DNA of 64,000 nt from an uncultured Methanosarcinales archaeon (GCA_964637115.1 CAZWVL010000004.1:9879-73878); one strand, 5' to 3'. Shown: positions 24,766-35,035, counted from the first letter of the stretch. A program made the numbers and translations. Notes: a model not told the origin generated them from the letters alone.

Positions 24766-27149
24766 AATTCCACAGTTATCTTGATATCCGGTGTTACTTC
24801 TTCTGTTCCTTTGCCCATTTCTATTTTTTCTGAAGCTGTTGTTGCTCTCAAATCGTCAAATACTCCTATTAGTGGAACTTTCGTGTCTATTATCAGTCGT
24901 TTGACTGGAGATTTCATTGACACCTTCATTTCTGATTTCTTTTTGCGCACTGCTGCAAGTATTGCAACTGCGGCATTGCCTTCCTGTTCGGCTTTTTCAT
25001 TGACAGCAGGGGCTTTTGGCCATTCTGCAAGATGTATGCTTTTGTGCCCTTCGTGTGTCAGGTATAAATTATAGACTTCCTCTGTGATGAATGGCGTGAA
25101 TGGCGACATTAATCTGACGATGGCAGACAAACATATTGAAAGTGCGTATTGCGCGCTTTTCTTTTGTTCCGGGCTTTTCGGCTCATACATTCTGGTCTTT
25201 ATCAGCTCAAGATAATTGTCGCAGTAGTCTTTCCAGAAGAATGATTCAATTGCTGTTTTTGCGCGGAAATATTCGTAAGAGTCAAATGCTATTGTTGCTT
25301 CTTGTATCGTTTTTGCCAGTCGTGTTAATATCCAGACGTCCAGGACTTCTGTTGCATTGCCTTTGTAATCATAGCCTTCAAGGTGCATATTGACGAATTT
25401 GGCGGCATTCCATAATTTAGTAACGAATTTATCGCCAGCAACTAATTCTTTTTCTTGATATACAAGGTCTTCTCCTAATTTGCTTCCGCCTGCCCAGTAT
25501 CTAAGAGCATCTGCGCTGTATTTTGCGAGAATCGCTTGTGGTTCTAAGGCATTTCCTTTGCTTTTGCTCATTTTCACGCCAAGTGGGTCTGTAACATAAC
25601 CTGATAGTGCAACGTCTTTCCACGGGTTTTTGCCATAATGTAGCTGACTTTTAACAAGTGTGTTGAACAGCCAGAAGCTGATTATCTCGTGCGCTTGTGG
25701 TCTTAGACTCATCGGGTATAATTTGGCACGATGTTTTTCCGGCACTAACTGTATTGCCAGTTGTGGTGTCATGCTGCTTGTTGCCCATGTGTCTAAAACA
25801 TCTTTTTCTGGCACAAATTCATCAGATTTGCATTTCAAGCAGGCTTTTGCTGATGGCGGGTCTTTTAATGGGTCTATTGGCAGTTTTTTCTCGTCCGCAA
25901 AGATTGGCTCGTCGCATTTTCTACAGTACCATACTGGGAATGGTACTCCAAAGAATCTTTGTCTAGATATTAACCAGTCCCATTGCAATCCTTTGACCCA
26001 GTTGTTGTATCGGTGCTTCATGAAGTCTGGATGCCAGTTTAACTCAGCACCCCATTCGAGAAGTTTATCTTTTAAGTCAAGATACTTGATGAACCATTGT
26101 TTGCTTTGGATTATTTCTATTTCTGTTGCGCATCTTTCGTGAACCTTAACTGCATGTTTTATTGGTTTTTGCGCGCGTAATAGGCCTTCTATTTTCAAAT
26201 CTGCAATGATTGCCTTGCGTGCTTCGTGTATTTTAAGTCCGTGATACTTGCCTGCCGCATCTGTCATCGTGCCGTTTTTGTTGATTGCTTCTTTCAAAGG
26301 CAGGTTATATGCAAGATACCATGCTATGTCTGTTTGGTCTCCAAAGGTGCAGCACATCACTATTCCCGTTCCTTTTGTCGGATCTGCTCTTTCGTCGGGC
26401 ATTATTGGTACTTCAGAATTAAATAATGGAGTTGTTGCTTTTTTGCCGAACAGTTTTTTGTATCTGTCATCATTTGGGTGTGCAAATACTGCAACACAGG
26501 CAGGAATTAGTTCTGGTCGTGTTGTCGCAATAAGCAACTCTTTGCCGTCTACTTTGAATACGATATCATTGAAAGTGCTGTCTTTTTCTGCGTCTTGGCA
26601 TTCTACTTGTGAAATTGCTGTTTCACACAATGGGCACCAGAGTGCTGGCGCGTTTTTCCTGTAAACTCTGCCTTTTTTCTGTAAGTCTAAGAAGCTCCAT
26701 TGCGAGATTTTTCTGCTATGGGCGTTTATTGTGCTGTATGCTAGCTTGAAGTCGCAGCTCATTCCTATTCTTTTCCAGTCGTGGATAAAGGCAGGCATTA
26801 TTTCTGCCACTGTTTGTTCGCAGAGTTTGATGAAGGCTTGCCTGTCCATCTTGCTGCCCTTAACTCCTTTTAATTTCTCAACTAATCGCTCTGTTGGCAG
26901 GCCATTGTCATCTGTTCCCCATGGATAGAATACGTTAAATCCTCTTAGCCTTTTGTAGCGTGCAACAATATCTTGTTGCGTATAGGAAAAGGCATGGCCG
27001 ATGTGCATTTTGCCAGAAACTGTTGGCGGCGGAGTATCTATGCTATAGACATCTCCTTTCTGTTCAGGATTGAAAGTAAAGATGCCTTCTTTTTCCCAGA
27101 ACTGCATCCACTTATCTTCTTCGATTTTGGAGTCATATCTGTCAGCCAT
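24762..27149 (-). CDS. valS: valyl-tRNA synthetase
   Basis: Class I aaRS. IDTPPPTVSGKMHIGHAFSYTQQDIVARYKRLRGFNVFYPWGTDDNGLPTE matches the archaeal ValRS N-terminal block. Also DWLISRQR and KMSKSKGN. Likely start MADRYDSK; the tool ORF extends to 27251. Confidence 0.85.
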   Translation of the reverse strand: MADRYDSKIEEDKWMQFWEKEGIFTFNPEQKGDVYSIDTPPPTVSGKMHIGHAFSYTQQDIVARYKRLRGFNVFYPWGTDDNGLPTERLVEKLKGVKGSKMDRQAFIKLCEQTVAEIMPAFIHDWKRIGMSCDFKLAYSTINAHSRKISQWSFLDLQKKGRVYRKNAPALWCPLCETAISQVECQDAEKDSTFNDIVFKVDGKELLIATTRPELIPACVAVFAHPNDDRYKKLFGKKATTPLFNSEVPIMPDERADPTKGTGIVMCCTFGDQTDIAWYLAYNLPLKEAINKNGTMTDAAGKYHGLKIHEARKAIIADLKIEGLLRAQKPIKHAVKVHERCATEIEIIQSKQWFIKYLDLKDKLLEWGAELNWHPDFMKHRYNNWVKGLQWDWLISRQRFFGVPFPVWYCRKCDEPIFADEKKLPIDPLKDPPSAKACLKCKSDEFVPEKDVLDTWATSSMTPQLAIQLVPEKHRAKLYPMSLRPQAHEIISFWLFNTLVKSQLHYGKNPWKDVALSGYVTDPLGVKMSKSKGNALEPQAILAKYSADALRYWAGGSKLGEDLVYQEKELVAGDKFVTKLWNAAKFVNMHLEGYDYKGNATEVLDVWILTRLAKTIQEATIAFDSYEYFRAKTAIESFFWKDYCDNYLELIKTRMYEPKSPEQKKSAQYALSICLSAIVRLMSPFTPFITEEVYNLYLTHEGHKSIHLAEWPKAPAVNEKAEQEGNAAVAILAAVRKKKSEMKVSMKSPVKRLIIDTKVPLIGVFDDLRATTASEKIEMGKGTEEVTPDIKITVEF

Positions 27150-27296
27150 ACTTTGTCGTCTTGGGAGTGCATTTAAAAACGTTTCGAGAAGCCGCGCTTC
27201 TAGAAAACCAGCCGAATAATCGGGATTCGGCTTGGTTTCGAGAACAATCAAAACCTTTTTATATCTCTTAACTTAGCTTCGAACTGGGGGAGTGTT

Positions 27297-27632
27297 ATGA
27301 CAAAAACAGCAACAATAAACGGAAAACTGGGCGATGTAAATGACGTTCGCTACACGCTTAACAGCGATATCACCGTGACATTCGATATTGATGACGGCGG
27401 ATATTCTAAAGTGCATTGCGCAGATTTGGGCATCGTAGGTGTTGATACAACTGACGCCAAAGCGCTCGACGAATTTAAAAGGAACTTAATCGCATCTTAC
27501 GAAACACTGCGCTTGCGCAGTCAGTCCAAACAATTGAATGCAGGCGAAATTATAAAGTTTGAGGACCTTTCAAAGCTTGTTGACAGAAAAGCGTACGATC
27601 CGCACAGCGGGCTTGAATTGTCCGTTAGATAA
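27297..27632 (+). CDS. hypothetical protein (111 aa)
   Basis: ORF divergent from valS. No motif recognised. Confidence 0.35.
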   Translation: MTKTATINGKLGDVNDVRYTLNSDITVTFDIDDGGYSKVHCADLGIVGVDTTDAKALDEFKRNLIASYETLRLRSQSKQLNAGEIIKFEDLSKLVDRKAYDPHSGLELSVR

Positions 27633-28098
27633 ATTTTACTTTTTTGCTTTTTCGTTCTCTTCTAAGCAGGTCGCCTATGTCAAACAGTCTTTTTATTACT
27701 ACTCTTTTGCCGTCTAAAGGCGCTATAACATTGCCATAGCCGAGGCATTCTTTGTGCTGGTTGAGTATGACTACCCTGTCATTCATTGCGGGATTGTTGT
27801 GTGATGCAATGCCTTTTGCGAATATGTCTCTGCCGCAGATAAAGAGCCATTCTGCTTTCTCGTTCACAATTATATGCTTGCGTGCTTCTTTTGCTATCTG
27901 TTGTAAGAAGTCAATTGATGGAATTAATACTGGACCTCTGATGTGCGCTATGCATTCGCCTGAATAAATCGGGTTCTTGCCTAGAAAATTCCTGTCCTTG
28001 ACAATAAAGTATGATCTGCTGACTATTTGTGCGTCTATTGTTCTTTTGATGCCGAATGGCTTGAGAAATTCTTCAATATTCATTGTTTTATTATTCAT
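27625..28098 (-). CDS. PUA-domain protein (NIP7-like), partner of the NOL1/NOP2 methyltransferase
   Basis: 157 aa with a C-terminal PUA-like segment (VVILNQHKECLGYGNVIAPLDGKRVVIK). 4-nt overlap with the upstream Nop2/Sun gene, which is the typical archaeal pairing. Confidence 0.55.
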   Translation of the reverse strand: MNNKTMNIEEFLKPFGIKRTIDAQIVSRSYFIVKDRNFLGKNPIYSGECIAHIRGPVLIPSIDFLQQIAKEARKHIIVNEKAEWLFICGRDIFAKGIASHNNPAMNDRVVILNQHKECLGYGNVIAPLDGKRVVIKRLFDIGDLLRRERKSKKVKFI

Positions 28099-28988
28099 AT
28101 TCTCACCAGTTTTGCGATGAAGAATCCTTCTGTTCCTGTTTTGTGCGGCCAGAAACGTTTACAGAGTGAAATATCTGGGTGAAGTTTCTTGCCAAACACA
28201 TTTGTTAGTCCAGGTTCACCGATTGATATGTTGACTTTCTCTAGTCTTACTGGCAGATTTTGCAGCGCCCAGTCAATATTCATCTCGTTTTCTTCAGGTT
28301 CAAGTGAGCAGGTGCTGTAAACTAGCTGGCCTCCGGACTTTAACATATTTACGCAATCGTGCAGTAATCTTCTTTGTATGTTGCTGCTTGTTTGTATTCC
28401 TTCCATTGTTCTTTTCTCAAACCATCCTGCTTCTGTCATGTAGTTTCCTGCACAGGGTACGTCGAGGAGTATTTTGTCAAATTGTATGCCTAGTCTGCTT
28501 GCAAGGACTGCATTTCCTTCAAAGACTGTCGTGTTTGTAATGCCGCATCGTTCTAAGTTCATCAATAAGCTTGGTATTCTGTGCGGCTTAAGCTCATAAG
28601 CTACGATTGTTCCTTGATTTTTCATTTGTGCTGCTAATTGTGTTGTTTTGCCGCCTGGCGCCGCGCAGGCATCTAATATTATGTCTGTTGGCTTGGGGTC
28701 TAGTATTTCTACTGGCAGTTGTGCTGCTGCTTCTTGCAAATAATAGTAACCAAGCAGACATTCTGTTATTGCTCCGAGTGAGAATTTTGACTGCACTATA
28801 GAATAACCGTTTTTGGTGAATGGAATTCTTTCCAGTTTTACGCCTAATTTCTCAAGTCGTGCAATTAGTTCTTTGGCTGTTATCTTTAAAGTATTTACGC
28901 GCAGTGTTGGAAGAATCTTTACGTCTGCTATTTCCCCGCCGATCTGCTCGTATCGCTTACGAAAGAATTCTTTTCCAGCGCTGTCCAT
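28095..28988 (-). CDS. NOL1/NOP2/Sun family RNA (cytosine-C5) methyltransferase
   Basis: SAM-binding motif ILDACAAPGGKT, the PC dyad DVPCAG and the catalytic TCS motif (LVYSTCSL). Confidence 0.8.
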   Translation of the reverse strand: MDSAGKEFFRKRYEQIGGEIADVKILPTLRVNTLKITAKELIARLEKLGVKLERIPFTKNGYSIVQSKFSLGAITECLLGYYYLQEAAAQLPVEILDPKPTDIILDACAAPGGKTTQLAAQMKNQGTIVAYELKPHRIPSLLMNLERCGITNTTVFEGNAVLASRLGIQFDKILLDVPCAGNYMTEAGWFEKRTMEGIQTSSNIQRRLLHDCVNMLKSGGQLVYSTCSLEPEENEMNIDWALQNLPVRLEKVNISIGEPGLTNVFGKKLHPDISLCKRFWPHKTGTEGFFIAKLVRI

Positions 28989-30393
28989 GTGGTGTGTCCT
29001 CTACTGCTATTCCTTTGTTTTTAAGTTCGTCTCGTAATTCGTCAGCGCGTGCAAAATTCTTTATTTGGCGTGCTTTTTCGCGTTCGTCTACTAATTTCTG
29101 AAGTTCTGATGTTAATTTTTCTTCTTTTACCAGTACGCCAAGCACTGTGTTGACATCTTCCATGAATTTAGCAACGGCTTCCGCGTCTTGTTTACTGAGC
29201 TCGTGCGAATCAAGATGCCTATTTATGATATTCATCAATTCAAAAATAGCGGCGAGTGCTGGACTCATCTCCAAATCATCGTCAAGTGACTGCTCGAATT
29301 GTAATCGTGCTTTTTGTATGGCATCGTGCACTTCTGCGTTGTTCTTGCTGCCGTGCGCTTCTCTGAGGCGCAGCATGAAGTCATTTAGTCTTTGGATTGC
29401 AACAGTTGCTGCGTCTAGTGCTTCAAGTGTGAAATTCATCTTTTGCCTGTAGTGGGTTGACAATAGCAAATATCGAACAGCTATTGGGTTGTATCCTTTT
29501 GCAATCAAGTCGCGCAAGGTATAGAAATTTCCAAGCGATTTTGACATTTTCTTGCCGTCTACTAGCAAAAATTCGGAATGTAACCAGTAATTTGCGAATT
29601 TCTTGCCAACACATCCTTCTGTCTGTGCTATTTCATCCTGATGGTGTGGGAAAATATTGTCAACGCCGCCGGTATGAATGTCTATAGTAACAAATTTTTC
29701 TGGATGGAACGCACTATTTGAAAACGCATCAGTAAGGTTTTTTGCACTCATGGCTGAACATTCGATATGCCATCCTGGTCTGCCTTTGCCTATTTCTGTT
29801 TCCCAGAAGACATCGCCATCTTTTTCGTCCCAGAATTTCCATAAAGCAAAGTCTGCGACGTTTTCTTTTTCATATTCATCTGCTTTGACTCTGCCTGACG
29901 CGCCTGCTTCAAGCTTGGCAACATCAATATTTGCCAATTGCCCGTAGTTTTTGAATTTTGCAATGGAGAAATATATGCCGTCGTCTGTTTTGTACGCTAA
30001 TCCTTTTTCAAGAAGGCATTGTATCATTGCGACCATTTCAGGAATGTAATCAGTTGCCTTTGGATATGCCTCTGCTGGTTCAATATTGAGTGCTTTAATG
30101 TCTTCAAAGAATGCCTTTGCATACATTTCTGCGAATTCTTTGAGAGACATGTTATTCTTCTGGCTGTCGCGGATAGTTTTGTCATCAACATCAGTAAGAT
30201 TCATGACTTGCTTGACTTGATAGCCTCGATATTTTATCCAGCGTCTAAGCAAATCTTCAAACAGGAACGTTCTAAAGTTGCCTATCTGTGCAAAATTGTA
30301 CACAGTCGGCCCACACGTATACATTCTGACGAGTTTTTTGTCTACCGGCTTGAATTCTTCCTTTGTTCTAGTGAGCGTATTGTAAAATTTCAT
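28957..30393 (-). CDS. cysS: cysteinyl-tRNA synthetase
   Basis: MKFYNTLTRTKEEFKP...MYTCGPTVYNFAQIGNFR (HIGH region variant), KMSKSLGN, the anticodon-binding domain and a C-terminal DALR-like segment. Confidence 0.9.
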   Translation of the reverse strand: MKFYNTLTRTKEEFKPVDKKLVRMYTCGPTVYNFAQIGNFRTFLFEDLLRRWIKYRGYQVKQVMNLTDVDDKTIRDSQKNNMSLKEFAEMYAKAFFEDIKALNIEPAEAYPKATDYIPEMVAMIQCLLEKGLAYKTDDGIYFSIAKFKNYGQLANIDVAKLEAGASGRVKADEYEKENVADFALWKFWDEKDGDVFWETEIGKGRPGWHIECSAMSAKNLTDAFSNSAFHPEKFVTIDIHTGGVDNIFPHHQDEIAQTEGCVGKKFANYWLHSEFLLVDGKKMSKSLGNFYTLRDLIAKGYNPIAVRYLLLSTHYRQKMNFTLEALDAATVAIQRLNDFMLRLREAHGSKNNAEVHDAIQKARLQFEQSLDDDLEMSPALAAIFELMNIINRHLDSHELSKQDAEAVAKFMEDVNTVLGVLVKEEKLTSELQKLVDEREKARQIKNFARADELRDELKNKGIAVEDTPHGQRWKRILS

Positions 30394-30486
30394 GATTTGT
30401 CGTGCATTATGATGCTTTAAATACCTTTCGAGAATAATGAGGACCGCCCTGCCCAGTTTCCCGAGCGGGCGGCCTCTGGACGACAG

Positions 30487-32274
30487 TTATTTCTTTTTGA
30501 ATTTCGCAAACACTGGCGCTAAATCCTTTCCTAACTGTTGCATTGAATATCTGCGTGTTGCCATGTATATGCCATATGCGAGCAGTGCTGCCGCAACAAT
30601 GTAGCCGAGCATTATTGTGATGTCTCCCATTAAGTCTATAATGGATGAATCAAACAATAATGCTCTTCTTAATAGCGAACTGGCTAAAACGTATGGATTG
30701 AAGCGTGCGATGTACGCAAATGCTTCCGGCATGCTTTCTATTGGGATTATGACGTCGCTTATGAAGAGGAATATTGCTCCTACGCTGACTGCTGTTAGGG
30801 TTGCTGTTTCTTCGTTGTTGAAGAAGTATCCAATCATCATTCCGATGAGTATGAAGAGCGAATTAACTATTAACAAAAGCAAAAACGCTTCTGGCACGTT
30901 TGTTATTATCTGGCTTGAGAAGAACACGCTTGCGATTGCAAGTATGATGATTGTTTGGAAAAACAGCAGTATGAATGCTGTGATGAAGTTTGAAATGACG
31001 TAACTTGAATCTCTGACTGGGGTCATGTATGTTCTGAAGCTTGCCGGAGAATGTTTGTCAAGCAATATGAGTGTAGGAGTTATGAGCAGTGACGTGAACA
31101 TGATGACAAGTACAATCAACACTGGGAAGAGATAGTTCAAATACGTTTTTTGTTGTACAAGTGGTTTGATTGACGTAACTATCGGCTGTGAAACTGCGCT
31201 TGGGTCTTTTATCTCTATTGCGCTGATTCTGTTATCGATGTCGTTCATGGCTTGTTGGATTTCTAGAATGTTCAGCAAACTCTTGTCAAGGAGGGTATTA
31301 ACTGCGTCTAATACGCGCAAACTTAGCTGTCTGCTCGTGTCTGCTTCTTGCAAACGCGATTTGGTATTGGAGATTTGTCCGGCAAGTGCGTCAAGGTCTT
31401 TTGAGAAATCAGCAAATGATTGCATGGTGAGATTTTTTGTTTCAGCCATTTCTGCCTTAATTTTTTTGATCTCATCTACGCTTTTTTGGAAGCTCGCAAG
31501 AAGATTGTCTTTGGTTTGTCCGCTGGCGCCCGATGTTTTGACAAGTGCGTCTGCAGCGTCGATGAATGATGTGGCCTTGCTGAGTCCTTTATCGCCAAGT
31601 GCTAGTGCACTATCCACCCATTGTTTGACTTGTGTCTTGGCTTTTGTAAGGTTTTCAAGAGGAAACGCACTTTCGTCAAAGGTTAAATCAACGTCGCTTA
31701 ATTCTGCCATTAACTGTTGTGTGTTCTTTGAAAGTAAATCGTTTTGTGTTGTGAGCTTGATAACTACTTGTCTTTGGTCTCCTATGCGCTGGTGCGCGTA
31801 TTCGAGCGTGTCAAGCAGCACTTTCGTGAAGTTTCTGCTTGCTTGGAGTGTTTTTTCGCCTACTTTTTCAGTCATTACTTGTAAAACTGTCCAGACGAGA
31901 TTTATTCTGGAGTAATCAACGTGGAATGTGATTTCGTTCATGGGCGGCTTGCCGACTGTGAAATTTGAAGAGAATACCATGCAAGTGTTGATGTCTGTTT
32001 TTCTTATGGCGTCAACGCATTCATCTTCAGTTATGTATTCTATTACTTTGAATTGTTCTCTTAATTGGTCTAGGAATGCTGTTGTGACTTCATTTGCATC
32101 AGGTCTGTAGCTGCCTATCTTGACTGCATATACGTTGCTGTTGTCAAACGCTAATCCTGCCAGAAAAACGACAAGAAGAGGTCCAAGAATTACTACTAGT
32201 GAGCTTGCTTTTGCCCTGACTAGGTTTTTGAGATTTTTCTTTACAAGTTCTAAAACTTCCTGGGCAATGTTCAT
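30487..32274 (-). CDS. ABC-2 family exporter permease with a large coiled-coil extracytoplasmic domain (YhgE/Pip-like architecture)
   Basis: One N-terminal TM segment, a ~330-aa helical extracytoplasmic region, then 5 C-terminal TM segments. Its 4-nt overlap with the downstream ATPase gene suggests translational coupling. Confidence 0.65.
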   Translation of the reverse strand: MNIAQEVLELVKKNLKNLVRAKASSLVVILGPLLVVFLAGLAFDNSNVYAVKIGSYRPDANEVTTAFLDQLREQFKVIEYITEDECVDAIRKTDINTCMVFSSNFTVGKPPMNEITFHVDYSRINLVWTVLQVMTEKVGEKTLQASRNFTKVLLDTLEYAHQRIGDQRQVVIKLTTQNDLLSKNTQQLMAELSDVDLTFDESAFPLENLTKAKTQVKQWVDSALALGDKGLSKATSFIDAADALVKTSGASGQTKDNLLASFQKSVDEIKKIKAEMAETKNLTMQSFADFSKDLDALAGQISNTKSRLQEADTSRQLSLRVLDAVNTLLDKSLLNILEIQQAMNDIDNRISAIEIKDPSAVSQPIVTSIKPLVQQKTYLNYLFPVLIVLVIMFTSLLITPTLILLDKHSPASFRTYMTPVRDSSYVISNFITAFILLFFQTIIILAIASVFFSSQIITNVPEAFLLLLIVNSLFILIGMMIGYFFNNEETATLTAVSVGAIFLFISDVIIPIESMPEAFAYIARFNPYVLASSLLRRALLFDSSIIDLMGDITIMLGYIVAAALLAYGIYMATRRYSMQQLGKDLAPVFAKFKKK

Positions 32275-33359
32275 CTTCGCACCACAGATTCGAATACTTT
32301 GCCTAGGCTTGGTCTTGCTACGTGCAGACTTTGGACGTCTTTTTTGCGTTCGAGATATTCGGAAATGACTGGCAGTATTTTTTCAGGCATTGGTGTTTGT
32401 ATTACGAGTTCGCCTGATTCTTGTGTTACTTTGCTCAGGTATCGTTTGCGCTTGCTGAGTTCTTTTAGAATATTGCTATAGTCTTTTGATGCTGTCTGGA
32501 AGTAAATTTCATAGTTGCGTGAGTAAATGTTCCTTAATTCTTCTGCCGTGCCGAGTTCTGCTATTTTCTTGTTTTGCAGTATGCCTATTCTGTCGCAAAG
32601 GAGTTCTATTTCTGCAAGGAAGTGTGATGCCAGGATTATTGTGGTGCCTTTTTCGTTTATCTGCTTGATTAACTCCCAGAATTGTTTTCTTAATATCGGG
32701 TCTAGGTCTGCTGTTGGTTCGTCAAGCACAAGGATGCTTGGGTCGTGCAGCAATGCGCAGGCTATGTCAAGTCTTTTTTGCATTCCTCCTGACAAATGTG
32801 ATGAAGTGGCATCTCTTGCATCTTTTAATCCAACTAGTTCGATGAGCGCATTTGCTCTTCTTATCAAATCTGTCTCTTCCATGCCGTATAATCTGCCGAA
32901 GTGTTCAAGGTTTTCCCGCACTGTGAGCTTGCCGTAAAAGCTTGGTGTTTGTGTTGAGAATCCTACGTATTTTTTGATGAGTTCTGGATGCTTGAACACG
33001 CTTTGTATGCTGCCGTCTGGCAGTGCAAGCAATACATCTCCCTGGTCGGGTTTGAAAAAGCCGACAAGCAGATTGAGAAGGGTTGTCTTGCCTGCTCCGC
33101 TTATGCCTATTAGGCCGAAAATTTCTCCTGCTTGGACGTCAAAGTCGACATTTTCGAGAATTGTGTTCTGGCCGAATTTTTTGGCAATGCCTTGCACCCT
33201 TATGATTACGCCTTTTTCGAGTTTTTTGAATGCCTTGTCGATGTAGTTCGTAACTTGTGATTCAGGCCATCCTGCTTTGAGAAGGAGTGCTCTGATTTCT
33301 TGCCTGGACAATCCTTGTTGTGCTGTCAGCTGTATGTGCTCTGCCAGTGTGTCGTCCAT
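32271..33359 (-). CDS. ABC transporter ATP-binding protein with N- and C-terminal extensions
   Basis: Walker A GISGAGKTT, signature LSGGMQKRLDIACAL, Walker B LVLDEPT. It carries a ~45-aa N-terminal helical extension and a ~100-aa C-terminal domain. Confidence 0.8.
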   Translation of the reverse strand: MDDTLAEHIQLTAQQGLSRQEIRALLLKAGWPESQVTNYIDKAFKKLEKGVIIRVQGIAKKFGQNTILENVDFDVQAGEIFGLIGISGAGKTTLLNLLVGFFKPDQGDVLLALPDGSIQSVFKHPELIKKYVGFSTQTPSFYGKLTVRENLEHFGRLYGMEETDLIRRANALIELVGLKDARDATSSHLSGGMQKRLDIACALLHDPSILVLDEPTADLDPILRKQFWELIKQINEKGTTIILASHFLAEIELLCDRIGILQNKKIAELGTAEELRNIYSRNYEIYFQTASKDYSNILKELSKRKRYLSKVTQESGELVIQTPMPEKILPVISEYLERKKDVQSLHVARPSLGKVFESVVRR

Positions 33360-33492
33360 AGGGCGTTAGTACGCCAGTTTGTTTAAAAATAAAAGCAACT
33401 ATTCGATAGTGGGAACTTCGGGGTTCGAGGGGACCGGGAATTAAGGCCTCTTCGTTATGATTGCGTAGCCTATATTGCAATAATCTTTTTAT

Positions 33493-33957
33493 ATGATTGC
33501 CAACAATGTTTCTGTTATGGGACGCTGTGAGTTGTGTGGCAAAGAGACGCCGTTGATTACAGCTATTGTTGAAGGCACGCAGATGTCTGTTTGCCAGGAT
33601 TGTGGTAAGTTCGGAAAGGTCATTCAGAGGCCTGTTGCACGTTTTGCCAAGCAGTCAATTGCAAAAGAGACTGAACCTGCCGAAGTTGTTGTTTCTGATT
33701 ATGCACAGCGCATCCGTCAGGCAAGAGAGAAATCTGGCATGACGCAGAAGGAGTTTGCAATGATGCTCAATGAGAAGGAGAGCATTATTCATAAGATTGA
33801 GAACAGTCAATTCGTCCCTCCCATCAGCATGGCGAGGAAATTGGAGAAATTGTTGAAGATAACTCTGATTGAGATTGAGGAAGAGGAAAAGACAGAGGCT
33901 GCGACTAAGAGCTCTGGTCCTTTGACGATTGGAGATATTATTAACCTGAAGAAATAG
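33493..33957 (+). CDS. mbf1: archaeal multiprotein bridging factor 1 (Zn-ribbon plus HTH-XRE)
   Basis: N-terminal CxxC...CxxC (CELCGKE...CQDCGK) followed by the HTH_XRE block IRQAREKSGMTQKEFAMMLNEKESIIHKIENSQ. Confidence 0.75.
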   Translation: MIANNVSVMGRCELCGKETPLITAIVEGTQMSVCQDCGKFGKVIQRPVARFAKQSIAKETEPAEVVVSDYAQRIRQAREKSGMTQKEFAMMLNEKESIIHKIENSQFVPPISMARKLEKLLKITLIEIEEEEKTEAATKSSGPLTIGDIINLKK

Positions 33958-35035
33958 CTGCATACTTTTCAATTATTTTGTTTTGCATTCCCGTATTTAG
34001 TGCAATTAAGCCATTTTCGCAAGATTGCAATGCCTGATTGATCCCAATAAGAAGAAGTGAGCGAGTTAGCTGAATTTTTTCTGGGGGAACATTGTCTTTG
34101 TTTCCATCAAAATTGATTGGAAAGCCGCTATTGAGAAGGTTTATTTCGTTTATTGAGATTGTTTTATGGCAGACGGTATAGCGTGGAAGCTGTTTTCTCA
34201 AGAAAATTGCAGGAAATTCTATGTCAGAAGATGAGGCGCTTGCTAATACAACGCCTTTTTTGCATTCTTCCAGCTGTTTAGGCTGTAAAATTGTATTTCC
34301 TGTGCATCCAACAATAAGATCATAGGCATCAAGTTTTAGTCTTGATTCTGAGAATAATGCTTGCTTATTTCTTGATATGTCATAGCTTGTAACAGAATAA
34401 TGCCTGCCAAGCAATTCGTAGACACAATTTCCAATGGCGCCATTTCCCACAACAAGTACATTTGAATTCTCCCGCAAATATGGCTGAATTTTTTCTGCCA
34501 CGACTCCGGCAATCATAGGAGATTCTAATCTCAATTTGGCTTCGCATCGTGCCACGTTCACAACAGGATACTTCAAAGAAGCTTCATTCAGCTTTCTATA
34601 CCCTGAAGATGTTTGTTCAACACCAAACGTGTTCTTGAAAGCTCCATTTGCCGCGAGGAGCAGATCTCCCCCATCATCTATTACAAGTACTCGTTCAAGA
34701 TTTGACAATGATGAATGAGAGAATGCAAGCAGTTCTTCTATGGCTTGTTGAGTCTGTTCATCAAACGTTCTATAACTGTCGAAGGTGTCGGAATGGGGAC
34801 TGACATAAGCGCCGCTATTTATGAAGCGGTTAAGTACATCTTTATTTGTTGAATAGCATTTTCCTAGAAGGAAGACATGCTTTGGATTGAGATTCTTCTT
34901 GAAGAGTTTTTCAAATAAATCGTAAGTTGTTGAGAGCAGATGCTGCCTTGCAAGAACTCCCGTGTGCTGCATATCAAATCCGCACAATTCTGCTGCGTAG
35001 TCCAAAACCGGCAATGTGTACTGATTCGCCACCAT
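33941..35035 (-). CDS. S-adenosylhomocysteine-hydrolase-like NAD-binding fold protein (divergent, short)
   Basis: VLVIDDGGDLLLAANG resembles the SAHH DDGGD motif. Rossmann block VLVVGNGAIGNCVYELL...YDISRNK and ...IVGCTGNTIL mirror the SAHH cofactor domain. At 364 aa it is shorter than canonical SAHH, and the catalytic residues were not verified. Confidence 0.4.
   Translation of the reverse strand: MVANQYTLPVLDYAAELCGFDMQHTGVLARQHLLSTTYDLFEKLFKKNLNPKHVFLLGKCYSTNKDVLNRFINSGAYVSPHSDTFDSYRTFDEQTQQAIEELLAFSHSSLSNLERVLVIDDGGDLLLAANGAFKNTFGVEQTSSGYRKLNEASLKYPVVNVARCEAKLRLESPMIAGVVAEKIQPYLRENSNVLVVGNGAIGNCVYELLGRHYSVTSYDISRNKQALFSESRLKLDAYDLIVGCTGNTILQPKQLEECKKGVVLASASSSDIEFPAIFLRKQLPRYTVCHKTISINEINLLNSGFPINFDGNKDNVPPEKIQLTRSLLLIGINQALQSCENGLIALNTGMQNKIIEKYAAISSG

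Noticed and set aside
25136-26664. Several 85-160 aa plus-strand ORFs inside valS
   Set aside because: They are antisense to a strongly supported aaRS gene and are typical shadow ORFs of a long gene.
30425-30480. GC-rich imperfect hairpin GACCGCCCTGCCCAG...CGAGCGGGCGGCC between cysS and the ABC-2 permease
   Set aside because: It is possibly a terminator for the ABC operon, but no T-run follows on the relevant strand and the pairing is imperfect. I left it uncalled.
33405-33450. GC-rich block with GGGGTTCGAGGGG (tRNA T-arm-like)
   Set aside because: There is no complementary stem after the TTCGA loop and no acceptor or anticodon arms, so it is not a tRNA. It is probably part of the divergent mbf1/ABC promoter region.
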